A stretch of DNA of 64,000 nt from Candidatus Omnitrophota bacterium (GTDB lineage Bacteria > Omnitrophota > Gorgyraeia > Tantalellales > Tantalellaceae). The DNA lies in the NCBI GenBank assembly GCA_015231405.1, contig JADGBR010000003.1, forward strand, positions 93,549-157,548, read 5' to 3'. Under the pieces are notes generated by a model. The model was not told the origin of the DNA. It ran no database searches and saw nothing but the letters and a program-made list of their open reading frames with translations. Both the position numbers and the translations under genes were made by a program. How positions within the stretch are numbered: position 1 is the stretch's first letter; every line of letters starts with the position of its first letter. This document shows, piece by piece, positions 56,501 through 64,000 of this stretch.

Positions 56501-58939
56501 AGATACCTTTTCAGGAACCTCGACCCGGATAAATATTACCCGACCTACGGCGACGATTCACAAATAGACTATTCCTCTACCAATACTTCGGGAGACCTGT
56601 ACCTAAAGGTAGCCAAAGACAGATCGTACGGGCTATTCGGCAATTACCGTACGGACCTCGGCTGGCCGTCCCTGGCGAAATACGACAAGACTCTGTACGG
56701 CGGCAAACTGAATATCGAGTCCAAGGAGAAGACGGCGTATAAGGACCCGATATACAAGGCGAAGGGCTTTATCGCCGAGGAGAAGAACGTAGCGGCGTTC
56801 GCGCGGTTCAGGGCGACTGGCACGTCGCTGTATTACCTGAAACATAACAACATAGTCGAAGGCTCGGAAACTCTTACCATGGAAGTGCAGGACAGGCTGT
56901 CGTCGCTGACGGTAAAGTCGGTGACCCTGTCGAGGGCGGATTACGACATAGATTATGACCGGGGTCGTATCATCCTCAAAAAGCCGGTACAAAGCGTGCA
57001 CGACTCGGGATCTATCATCTCGGACGCCATAAATAACGGCAACCCGGTGCATATGAACGTAGCGTACGAGTACGCGCCCGAGACGATGTCGAACGACAGG
57101 AATAACGGCGGAAGTTTCAGCATATCTCCGGTTAACGGTCTCATATTGGGCGGTACCTGCGTCGAGGAAAGGCGCGACGGAGCGGATTATGAGCTCGAGG
57201 GAGCGGGTGCGACCCTTAAGCTGAACGAGAACACTCAAATTTCCTGCGAGGCAGCCCAGAGTTACAGGCAGCAGTTGTCGATATGGTCGTCGAATAACGG
57301 GGGGCTTGATTTCAGCGACACGCCGATGGGCGAGACGGATTCGGGCAGGGCGTATTCGGTAAGCGGTAACTCGAAGCTCATGGATAAGATGCCGGCGACG
57401 GCGTATTACAAATTCGTCGACCAGAGTTTTTCGAACACGTCGGTCGTGAGCACCCAGGGCAAGGAAACGATCGGCGGCGGGATAGGTATTCCCGTGAACG
57501 ATAAGTTAAGGTTAGGGGTGCGGGAGGACGTCGCGAGGTCGCTTCGTCCGGAGCTCCTAAGCGTATCGAGCGACCAGAAAGGCCGGCTTGTGTATACGAG
57601 CACGGCGACGGCTGATTATAAAGCCACCGAGAAACTCGATCTGGCCGGGGAATACAGGTACGACAAGTCCGATGACGTGTCGTCCACGTTTTACCAGCGG
57701 GATATGCAGGCATTGGCCGGAAAAGCTTCTTACAAGGTGAACGACCGTCTGACGCTCATAACGCGTGACCAGATAACGCTGGAAGGTAAGGAGAATAACC
57801 AGGTAAGCGGGGGGTTCGGGTATAAGGCGGACGATAAGACGAACGTATCCATAATGGAAACGGTCGGGAATAGGGGAGACGGGACATTGCTGGGTATATC
57901 AAGGACGTTCAACGAGACGGACGAAATATACATGAATTATGACCTTCTGGATACCGGGACCAGGTCGGTGGTAGGCGATTCCCGGAAGTTTGATGAGACG
58001 ACACAAATAAGGAGGGAATCGTCAAAGTTCCAGGGTACCGGCCCCGGCCGGGATTCGGGATATCGCGACACATCTCTTTATGCTGAGGAAGAGGAAGGGG
58101 GGGATGGTTCGGGAGATCTTGTCTCAATGTCTAAGGAGATCAACCCGGGATCGACGGTTACCGGTGATTATGAACGGAGCCAGTTCTATAATAAAGGATA
58201 CTATACGACGCGTGACGCGGTAGCTGCGGGATACAGGAGTAAGCTGTCTGAGAAACTTGAATATTCGGTCAAAGGCGAATACTGGTACGACAAGAGCAGT
58301 AACGGTAAGGATTACCAGATCGGATCATACAATAATCTGAAATGGCTGATCGACCGGGACACGACGCTTAAAGCGAAAGCGTATTACGGCATAACGTTCG
58401 ACGACCTCATCTCGTCGAGAAGCGCGGAGTTCGGTGAGTTCGTTGTGGGCATGGGATACAGGCCGATAGACTATGACCGGTTCAACGCGCTAACACAATA
58501 CAAGTATCTATTGGACCAGCGTCCGCCGTCGCAGTATGGGATATTGAACGGTATAAAAGAAGACCGGGCGCATATAGCGAGTATCGAAGGCGCATACGAT
58601 ATAAACAGATATTTCCAGATAGTCGAGAAAGAAGCCGGGAAAGTTGTCGTGGACAAATGCGCGTCCGATAAACTGACGGTAGTCTATACGAATCTCATCG
58701 TGAACAGGCTGAATTATCATATAGACGACCAGTGGAATATCGGCGCCGAATACCGGATACTTTCGGAATTCGTCACCAAGACCCATAGGACCGGAGTTTA
58801 CGTCGAACTCGACCGCAACATAACGAAATTCATGCAGGTAGCCGTTGGTTACAACTTCGCCGATTTCGACGACGAGCTCACCTTGAACCGAGGCTATACC
58901 TACCAGGGCTGGACGGCGAAACTACGCGGGAAGTATTAG
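53594..58939 (+). CDS. large multidomain surface/outer-membrane protein: signal peptide, FecR domain, E/K-acidic and G/D-rich low-complexity tracts, YVTN-type beta-propeller, DUF11, SdrD-B-like (Cna-B) domain, and a long C-terminal putative beta-barrel region
   Basis: Signal MRNFAILLLISFIILAASSVSFSA. FecR-like LYGVQGDVQIF...W.PGSLGMKLMPGYKIKTLADSYAEISF...RVDPNSDLVV. YVTN-like repeats (KVWFVDTSG.., FIYALGTD.., FAYVASVDDNSVALVDL, KIYVTNSGNNTITVID). DUF11 TITKTC..VGDILTYTLDVHN...VVVADVMPGAFTY. SdrD-B-like GKVFSDGNGNGVQDKGEKGLPFVRLMMEDGTAVVTDKYGKYHI. The C-terminus ends ...GWTAKLRGKY. Confidence 0.8.
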   Translation: MRNFAILLLISFIILAASSVSFSAEELKTVELYGVQGDVQIFKSEDQTWHPGSLGMKLMPGYKIKTLADSYAEISFDPEKKARMRVDPNSDLVVTLDNDQKVFLMNGAVFTKIMKLEPGRKFEVRTPTAAIGARGTGWGTETNGEWTKAEAFENDIYIRGVDESGEPGEEETTLSEGDKMTVDEGGEFSEPEKMTEEDAARWDQGREDFVGETVKEFLETSGEEEGEEKKEEEEEKAAEEEKAPEEEKPAENEKSAEEQKGEDEGASDDKGGYEGDGSSDTGGFGDITNDDPNNYKPDDGTNDNGGDNGGGSQVTEYYAYICNASDVIAVNLSNSYSTVGRVSGLANPSGIVANPTGDKVWFVDTSGVKIVDRAQFDNGHKTSVALTNARNIAFYQSDVYVAVYEPDPTSTGIDIAKVDANSTIPLATPFVQQERLRNASGIAVNSDGTFIYALGTDKDNMNKPALFKLARDTGSIQSTSASLATATPFDLAYVPGSERILVTSEPTTGVGMGGYLDIFDKDCSPVSINIQVSAVANNGRRAIAISPDEKFAYVASVDDNSVALVDLSDNSMIKLKDPNYYQFNAPSGVAVLPDDSGSKIYVTNSGNNTITVIDRTGDIHTQETIIDLVTIPGLSSPGDICVVKVATTQTITKTCNKKQASVGDILTYTLDVHNGEAQSMSNVVVADVMPGAFTYIQGSAFDQDRNAIQTMVEGNKLTFKINSLAVGERQFIKYSVVVNPGVIEGDYVNTASASSTLANGTAYNFNVSKCRVTIIPDPLFDEGTIMGKVFSDGNGNGVQDKGEKGLPFVRLMMEDGTAVVTDKYGKYHIPAVYPTTHLLKIDKSTLPTNSVVTTESTRTIRMTNGLLAKESFGVKVNENTPGVIIPMPSRPLAPREDNPLPGLFEKFSMVALTEGEAVGYRTEDAAETLKNDGRFKNMVHYDGRLAYNLDAVVKGDYKVTSSLDTERKNRYLFRNLDPDKYYPTYGDDSQIDYSSTNTSGDLYLKVAKDRSYGLFGNYRTDLGWPSLAKYDKTLYGGKLNIESKEKTAYKDPIYKAKGFIAEEKNVAAFARFRATGTSLYYLKHNNIVEGSETLTMEVQDRLSSLTVKSVTLSRADYDIDYDRGRIILKKPVQSVHDSGSIISDAINNGNPVHMNVAYEYAPETMSNDRNNGGSFSISPVNGLILGGTCVEERRDGADYELEGAGATLKLNENTQISCEAAQSYRQQLSIWSSNNGGLDFSDTPMGETDSGRAYSVSGNSKLMDKMPATAYYKFVDQSFSNTSVVSTQGKETIGGGIGIPVNDKLRLGVREDVARSLRPELLSVSSDQKGRLVYTSTATADYKATEKLDLAGEYRYDKSDDVSSTFYQRDMQALAGKASYKVNDRLTLITRDQITLEGKENNQVSGGFGYKADDKTNVSIMETVGNRGDGTLLGISRTFNETDEIYMNYDLLDTGTRSVVGDSRKFDETTQIRRESSKFQGTGPGRDSGYRDTSLYAEEEEGGDGSGDLVSMSKEINPGSTVTGDYERSQFYNKGYYTTRDAVAAGYRSKLSEKLEYSVKGEYWYDKSSNGKDYQIGSYNNLKWLIDRDTTLKAKAYYGITFDDLISSRSAEFGEFVVGMGYRPIDYDRFNALTQYKYLLDQRPPSQYGILNGIKEDRAHIASIEGAYDINRYFQIVEKEAGKVVVDKCASDKLTVVYTNLIVNRLNYHIDDQWNIGAEYRILSEFVTKTHRTGVYVELDRNITKFMQVAVGYNFADFDDELTLNRGYTYQGWTAKLRGKY

Positions 58940-59128
58940 TGAGCGACTTGGGCCTGAAGGAGATGGGGTTCTTCGTACGGCACATGGCCTGTCCCCCAAC
59001 CAAAATCGCCTTATGCGTGGACCCTGGAAATATTACATTGCACAGCACATGCCTAACTAGAAGTTCGCAAAGTGCCGGTAGAAGGTTCCCATCTCCTTCA
59101 CGCCATCGGCGAGCGACTAACCGACCTT

Positions 59129-59161
59129 GACAAAATACTCCCCCTCTTGTAATATACGTTA
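59129..59161 (+). promoter_or_regulatory. sigma70-like promoter TTGACA-17-TAATAT with a roughly 100-nt AT-rich leader
   Basis: Read directly as ccTTGACAaaatactccccctcttgTAATATacg. It is followed by RBS acaggagg and then the ATG at 59256. Confidence 0.5.
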
Positions 59162-59255
59162 GTTACTTTACAGACTTCCTTATATCGACAAATAATATCG
59201 TTTTTCAACACGTGTAAACTTTTTATTTTTTTAGCCTTTTTTACAGGAGGATACC

Positions 59256-60416
59256 ATGGGAATGTGGGTTGGGATGGGCAGGAAAGCCAGGCGCAGTTAC
59301 GGGTTCGACGAGATCGCTCTTGTTCCCGGGAGTTTGACGATAAACCCGGACGACGTCGATACGTCTTGTGAGATAGGCGGCATTAAATTCGCCATCCCGA
59401 TAATGGCTTCTTCCATGGACGGCGTGGTAGATGTCAACTTCGCGATATCTCTCGGCAAGATAGGAGGGGTGGCCGTTCTTCACCTGGAAGGAGTTTCGAC
59501 GCGTTACGAGGATCCAGCCGAGGCCGTCGAGAGGATCGTGAACGCCGACGTGACTGAGGTCACGAAGGTCATACAGGACGTTTACTCCAAACCCATAAAG
59601 AAAGACCTTGTTTCAAGGCGGATCGACGAGCTCAAGAAAGCTAAAGTCCCGGCAGTAGTGAGTTGTAACCCGCAGGTGGCCGGCGAGTTCGGGCCGATAG
59701 CGCGCGAGGCAGGATGCGATATTTTCATCGTGCAGTCCACCGTCATAACCGTAAGGCACGAGTCCAGTAAGTACAAGTCGCTGGACCTTACCAGATTCTG
59801 CAAGGATATGAAGATACCGGTACTTTTGGGCAATTGCGTCGATTATCAGGTGGCGCTCGAGCTTATGGAGACCGGCTGCCAGGGAATATTCGTCGGGATA
59901 GGGCCGGGGACGGCTTGTACATCCCGGGGAGTTCTCGGGATAGGTGTTCCTCAGATAACGGCGACCTGTGACGCGGCCGCGGCCAGAGATTTTTATTACA
60001 AAAGGACCGGGAAATATTTTTCGATAATCACGGACGGGGGCATGGCTACCGGAGGGGATATTTGCAAGGCTTTCGCGGCCGGAGCTGACGCGGTGATGCT
60101 GGGGAACGCCTTCGCGCGCAGCAAGGAAGCGCCCGGAAAGGGATATCACTGGGGAATGGCGATGCCTCACCCGAACCTGCCGAGAGGGACGAGGATAAGG
60201 GTCGGCACATCCGGGTCTTTGCAGGAGATCCTTTTCGGCCCGGCGCAGACTGACGATGGGACGCAGAACCTGATGGGGGCCCTTGCGACGAGTATGGGCA
60301 ATCTTGGCGCGCACAATATCAAGGAAATGCAGCTTGTAAGGATGATAATCGCTCCGTCCATCCAGACCGAGGGCAAGGTCTACCAGACCGCGCAGCGGGT
60401 GGGGATGCGTAAATAA
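59256..60416 (+). CDS. IMP dehydrogenase/GMP reductase family protein lacking the CBS subdomain (GuaB1-like)
   Basis: 386 aa. The TIM-barrel IMPDH-family motifs are present: FDEIALVPG, IPIMASSMDGV, and the catalytic Cys loop GIGPGTACTSRGVLGIGVPQITA. There is no CBS pair insertion. Confidence 0.65.
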   Translation: MGMWVGMGRKARRSYGFDEIALVPGSLTINPDDVDTSCEIGGIKFAIPIMASSMDGVVDVNFAISLGKIGGVAVLHLEGVSTRYEDPAEAVERIVNADVTEVTKVIQDVYSKPIKKDLVSRRIDELKKAKVPAVVSCNPQVAGEFGPIAREAGCDIFIVQSTVITVRHESSKYKSLDLTRFCKDMKIPVLLGNCVDYQVALELMETGCQGIFVGIGPGTACTSRGVLGIGVPQITATCDAAAARDFYYKRTGKYFSIITDGGMATGGDICKAFAAGADAVMLGNAFARSKEAPGKGYHWGMAMPHPNLPRGTRIRVGTSGSLQEILFGPAQTDDGTQNLMGALATSMGNLGAHNIKEMQLVRMIIAPSIQTEGKVYQTAQRVGMRK

Positions 60417-60418
60417 CG

Positions 60419-60519
60419 GTGATGGGTGATGAGTGATGGGTTTTTGGGATAAATTTCTGAAAACTTTCGTGTATGCAGGACGACCCGACACCCATCATTC
60501 GTCACTCGTCACCCATCAC
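60419..60519. repeat. inverted heptamer-repeat arms (ggtgatgggtgatgagtgatggg ... cccatcattcgtcactcgtcacccatcac) flanking a 49-nt loop, upstream of dnaE
   Basis: Read directly. The left arm is followed by ttttt. Confidence 0.75.
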
Positions 60520-60532
60520 AGTTTCACATAAA

Positions 60533-63500
60533 ATGACGACAACAAGATCCGAGTTCGTTCACCTGCACGTGCATACGCAGTACAGCCTCCTTGACGGGGC
60601 CTGCCGATTGGATGACCTTCTAGACCTCGCAAAAACTTATAATATGCCCGCCTGCGCCATAACCGATCACGGCAACATGTTCGGCGCGATAGAGTTCTAC
60701 AAGAAAGCCGCTAAAAAGGGTATTAAGCCCATCATAGGCGCCGAGGTATATGTCGCCCCGAAAAGCCGGTTGGATAAAGTGAGCGACGACGAGATCGGCG
60801 TGGGTTTTCATCTTGTGCTTCTCGCCCGTGACATTACCGGATACAAGAACCTCATCCACATAATCTCGTCGGGTTTCATCGAAGGCTTTTATTACAAGCC
60901 GAGGGTAGACAGGGAGATACTTGGCCAGTACTCTGGGGGTCTCATCGCTTTGAGCGCCTGCCTGAAAGGGGAAGTCGCGTTCTATCTTGCCGCTGGAAAG
61001 CCGGAAAAAGCGGTCGAGTCGGCGAAGTTTTACGAACGGCTTTTCGGCAAGGACCATTTTTATCTGGAGATACAGGCTAACGGACTCCCGGAGCAGGAGA
61101 AGCTCAATAAGAAAATGATAAAATTCGCGCGGGAGAATTCCTTCGATCTTGTGGCGACTAACGACGTGCATTACCTGAAGAAAGGCGACGACAAGGCCCA
61201 TGACGTCCTGCTTTGTATCCAGACGCAGAGCGTCCTGGACGATAAGAACAGGATGCAGTTCAGGACCGACCAGCTGTATTTCAAATCCCCGGACGAGATG
61301 AAGGCGTTCTTTCCGGACGCTCCGGAAGCTCTCCGGAACACACTGAAGATAGCCGACAGCTGCGATCTGAAACTCGATATGGATAAACTTTTCCTTCCCC
61401 ATTTCGAGCCTCCCAACGGCGAGGATAACGTAACTTTTTTTAAGGACCTCATAAGGGAAGGGATAGCGAAGCGCTACAAGAACGCGACGGACGAGATAAA
61501 GAACCGCGTGAAACACGAATTCAGGATAATAGAGAAGCTCGGATATATAAGTTATTTTCTCATTGTGTGGGATTTTATCCGGAAGGCCCGGGAGTTGAAG
61601 ATCCCTGTCGGACCCGGAAGAGGTTCCGCCGCCGGGAGCATAATTTCCTACGCTTTGGGGATAACTAATATCGACCCTATCAAATACGGGTTGATCTTCG
61701 AAAGGTTCCTTAACCCCGACAGGGTCAGCATGCCGGATATCGATATAGATTTCTGTTTCGAAAGGCGCTCAGAGATAATAGATTACGTCATCAGCAAATA
61801 TTCCGAGGCGAACGTGGCGCAGATCATCACTTTCGGGACGATGAAGGCTAAGGCCGCTATAAGGGACGTCGGGCGCGTGATGGGCCTTCCTTACGCCGAT
61901 GTCGACAAGATAGCCAAGCTCGTTCCTGGTGATCTGGGGATCACGATAGATCAGGCGTTGGAGAAAGAGCCTGATCTAAGAACCGCGTACGACGAGGATC
62001 CGGTGATACACGAGCTCATCGACATATCTAATAAGCTGGAAGGGCTTAACCGTCACGCCTCGGTGCATGCCGCCGGGGTCGTGATATCCGATAGACCTTT
62101 AAGGGAAAGAGTGCCGCTATACCGGGCCGGTGACGGTCCGGTCACCACCGGATACACCATGGATTCGCTTACGGATATCGGCATGCTGAAAATGGATTTC
62201 CTCGGCTTAAAGACACTTACGGTTATTGACGGAACTATAAAGATAGCCAAGCGGACCAGGGACGTCGATATTGATATCGATGATCTTCCGGAATGCGACA
62301 CGAGGACCTTTGAACTCTTTTGTTCCGGCGCGACAGCGGGAGTGTTCCAGCTTGAGTCCAGCGGTATGCGCGATCTCCTGCGGAAGCTGAGGCCGGGTAA
62401 ATTCGAGGATATCATCGCCATACTGGCGTTGTACAGGCCCGGGCCTCTCGGCAGCGGCATGGTCGACAAGTTCATAAAAGGGAAGAACGGGACCATAGAG
62501 GTAAAATACGATCACCCGCTCCTTGAGCCTATCCTCAAGGAGACATACGGTATTATCGTCTACCAGGAACAGGTAATGCAGATAGTTTCCGCTTTGGCGG
62601 GTTTTACCATGGCCGAGGCCGATAATGTCAGGAAGGTCATGGGTAAGAAAAAGACCGACGCCATGCCGGCGATCAGGGCCAAATTCACCGAAGGCGCGGA
62701 CAAGAAGGGTATCGACAGGAAAACATCGGAGTTGATATTCGATCAGATAGAAGAGTTCGGAGGGTATGGTTTCAACAAATCCCATAGCGCCGCTTACGCC
62801 GTCATAAGCTATCAGACAGCTTATCTTAAGGCCAATTTTCCGGTCGAGTTCATGGCAGCCCTTCTGACCAGCGAGCGGAACAACAGCGAAAAGATAGCGG
62901 ATTATATAACCGAATCGCAGCATATGGGCATAGAGGTCCTCGCCGCTGATATCAACGAGAGTTTTAAGAATTTCACGGTCGTCGGAGGGAGCATAAGGTT
63001 CGGTCTGGTTGCCGTTAAGAATGTCGGAGAGGGAGCGGTCGAGCATATCATCGAAGTGCGCAGGGATAAGGGGAATTTCAAGACCGTCTTCGATTTCGCC
63101 GAAAAAGTCGATCCGCGCAACGTCAACAAGAAAGTAATGGAAAGCCTCGTGAAATGCGGGGCTTTCGATTCGACCGGGATAAAAAGAGCGCAGGCTATGA
63201 GCATGGTGGATCAACTTCTCGATATCTCTCAGAATATGCAGAAGGACAGGCATAACGGTCAGCGGACCTTCTTTGACGACGGCCAGTCAACGGGAGGTTT
63301 CAAAGAATCATATGATCTCCCGAATATACCTGAATGGGGGGAAAAAGAGCTTCTCGCCAACGAAAAAGAAATGTTGGGGTTCTACATATCCCGGCACCCT
63401 TTGAAAGCTTACGAGAAGATCCTCGACGCGTACTCGACCTGCAATACTTCCGAACTCGCGAGGTGCACGGAAGGGCAGAGGGTACTGGTGGGCGGGATGC

Positions 63501-63985
63501 TGTCTAAAGTCAAGATCACGGTGACAAAGGCGAAGGGCGAGAAAATGGCGATAGCCAGAATTGAGGACCTTTACGGCAGCGTGAGCGTTCTCATCTTCCC
63601 GAACTCCTACAGGGAGTCTTCGAAAATGATAATCGAGGATTCGGTCCTCTTTATCGACGGCCGGCTCAAGATCTCCGGCGAAGAAGAGCCGAAGATAATC
63701 GCTGAAAAGATCATACCGATAGAGAACATAAAAGAGCTTTTCACAAAATCGGTGCTTGTTAAATTGACCACCGTCGGCCTTGAAAAGCTCCAGATGATGA
63801 AGATAAAGGGAGTTATTCAGCAGCATAGAGGCAAGATCCCTATCTACATAGATCTTTGCACCCCGGAAGGCCGAAAGGTCAGGCTATCCACGGGCGAGGA
63901 TATATTCGTCACCCCGACGGACAACTTCCTTCAGGACATGGAAAAGCTGGTGGGGGCGGGGAATGTGAAGTTCCTTTCGAAGTAG
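60533..63985 (+). CDS. dnaE: DNA polymerase III alpha subunit
   Basis: The PHP domain starts MTTTRSEFVHLHVHTQYSLLDGA. The polymerase core motifs are GPGRGSAAGS, DIDIDF and YRPGP. The C-terminus has an OB fold. The start is moved to the ATG after the hairpin repeat. Confidence 0.95.
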   Translation: MTTTRSEFVHLHVHTQYSLLDGACRLDDLLDLAKTYNMPACAITDHGNMFGAIEFYKKAAKKGIKPIIGAEVYVAPKSRLDKVSDDEIGVGFHLVLLARDITGYKNLIHIISSGFIEGFYYKPRVDREILGQYSGGLIALSACLKGEVAFYLAAGKPEKAVESAKFYERLFGKDHFYLEIQANGLPEQEKLNKKMIKFARENSFDLVATNDVHYLKKGDDKAHDVLLCIQTQSVLDDKNRMQFRTDQLYFKSPDEMKAFFPDAPEALRNTLKIADSCDLKLDMDKLFLPHFEPPNGEDNVTFFKDLIREGIAKRYKNATDEIKNRVKHEFRIIEKLGYISYFLIVWDFIRKARELKIPVGPGRGSAAGSIISYALGITNIDPIKYGLIFERFLNPDRVSMPDIDIDFCFERRSEIIDYVISKYSEANVAQIITFGTMKAKAAIRDVGRVMGLPYADVDKIAKLVPGDLGITIDQALEKEPDLRTAYDEDPVIHELIDISNKLEGLNRHASVHAAGVVISDRPLRERVPLYRAGDGPVTTGYTMDSLTDIGMLKMDFLGLKTLTVIDGTIKIAKRTRDVDIDIDDLPECDTRTFELFCSGATAGVFQLESSGMRDLLRKLRPGKFEDIIAILALYRPGPLGSGMVDKFIKGKNGTIEVKYDHPLLEPILKETYGIIVYQEQVMQIVSALAGFTMAEADNVRKVMGKKKTDAMPAIRAKFTEGADKKGIDRKTSELIFDQIEEFGGYGFNKSHSAAYAVISYQTAYLKANFPVEFMAALLTSERNNSEKIADYITESQHMGIEVLAADINESFKNFTVVGGSIRFGLVAVKNVGEGAVEHIIEVRRDKGNFKTVFDFAEKVDPRNVNKKVMESLVKCGAFDSTGIKRAQAMSMVDQLLDISQNMQKDRHNGQRTFFDDGQSTGGFKESYDLPNIPEWGEKELLANEKEMLGFYISRHPLKAYEKILDAYSTCNTSELARCTEGQRVLVGGMLSKVKITVTKAKGEKMAIARIEDLYGSVSVLIFPNSYRESSKMIIEDSVLFIDGRLKISGEEEPKIIAEKIIPIENIKELFTKSVLVKLTTVGLEKLQMMKIKGVIQQHRGKIPIYIDLCTPEGRKVRLSTGEDIFVTPTDNFLQDMEKLVGAGNVKFLSK

Positions 63986-64000
63986 GAGGGAAGAAGGACC

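Noticed and set aside
59162-59255. Purine riboswitch in the guaB-like leader
   Set aside because: I see no recognisable conserved purine-aptamer junction motifs. The leader is simply AT-rich.
1-64000. tRNA or rRNA genes
   Set aside because: Intergenic regions were inspected by eye. All are occupied by repeats, hairpins or promoters. I saw no cloverleaf-compatible 70-90-nt segments with a conserved T-loop (GTTCRANYC) or anticodon-stem pattern. A tRNAscan run would be needed to be certain.

Overview
This 64-kb window looks like a chromosomal segment from an uncultivated bacterium with about 52% GC. The lineage cannot be assigned from the sequence alone; the giant ORFs fit candidate phyla known for very large genes, but that is speculation. 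Every convincing gene but one lies on the + strand. The run ends with dnaE.

The core is a long biosynthetic supercluster, all supported by family-level motifs I recognise:
- gltB-gltD (glutamate synthase) and pyrG
- a rhomboid protease
- a complete arginine operon, argC-argJ-argB-argD-argF-argG-argH
- lysine/diaminopimelate genes lysA-dapF-dapA-dapB-dapL
- folK, panC, nadA and an L-aspartate dehydrogenase (nadX)

Three unusual, very large secreted or membrane-anchored proteins flank this core:
- 4672-9012: a 1446-aa protein with an N-terminal hydrophobic anchor and two tandem MutS2-like ABC-ATPase domains (MutS domain V).
- 37825-53139: a 5104-aa giant ORF. It has an N-terminal signal or anchor segment and about 1000 aa I cannot assign. 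It carries six dynein/midasin-class AAA_5 modules, three with intact Walker A/B and three degenerate, arranged as degenerate+active pairs. WD40-like beta-propeller repeats sit between the second and third pair. The C-terminus has a D/E-rich tract and a von Willebrand A domain with an intact MIDAS motif (DxSxS). This is the architecture of eukaryotic midasin (Rea1), or a single-chain fusion of a MoxR-type ATPase ring with its VWA partner.
- 53594-58939: a 1781-aa surface protein with FecR, an acidic tract, a YVTN beta-propeller, DUF11, an SdrD-B-like domain and a C-terminal putative beta-barrel.

Intergenic regions are packed with repeat families:
- A roughly 177-bp MITE-like element with 16-bp terminal inverted repeats and an internal double-palindromic core. 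There are at least four full copies, one of them inverted and rearranged, plus a core-only copy and a fragment. These explain several spurious N-terminal ORF extensions (MLRALRALAMT...).
- Hairpins built from mirrored 6-9-nt tandem units (gtaggac/gtgggac, ggaccatgg, gtgatgg, ggtcgaa).
- A cgtaggggcggcccttg family.
- An 18-bp x8 in-frame tandem repeat inside a secreted low-complexity protein gene, the only convincing minus-strand gene.

I could not recognise any rRNA, tRNA or CRISPR array by eye. A roughly 180-nt highly structured element lies upstream of the giant gene and is a candidate ncRNA or palindromic element.
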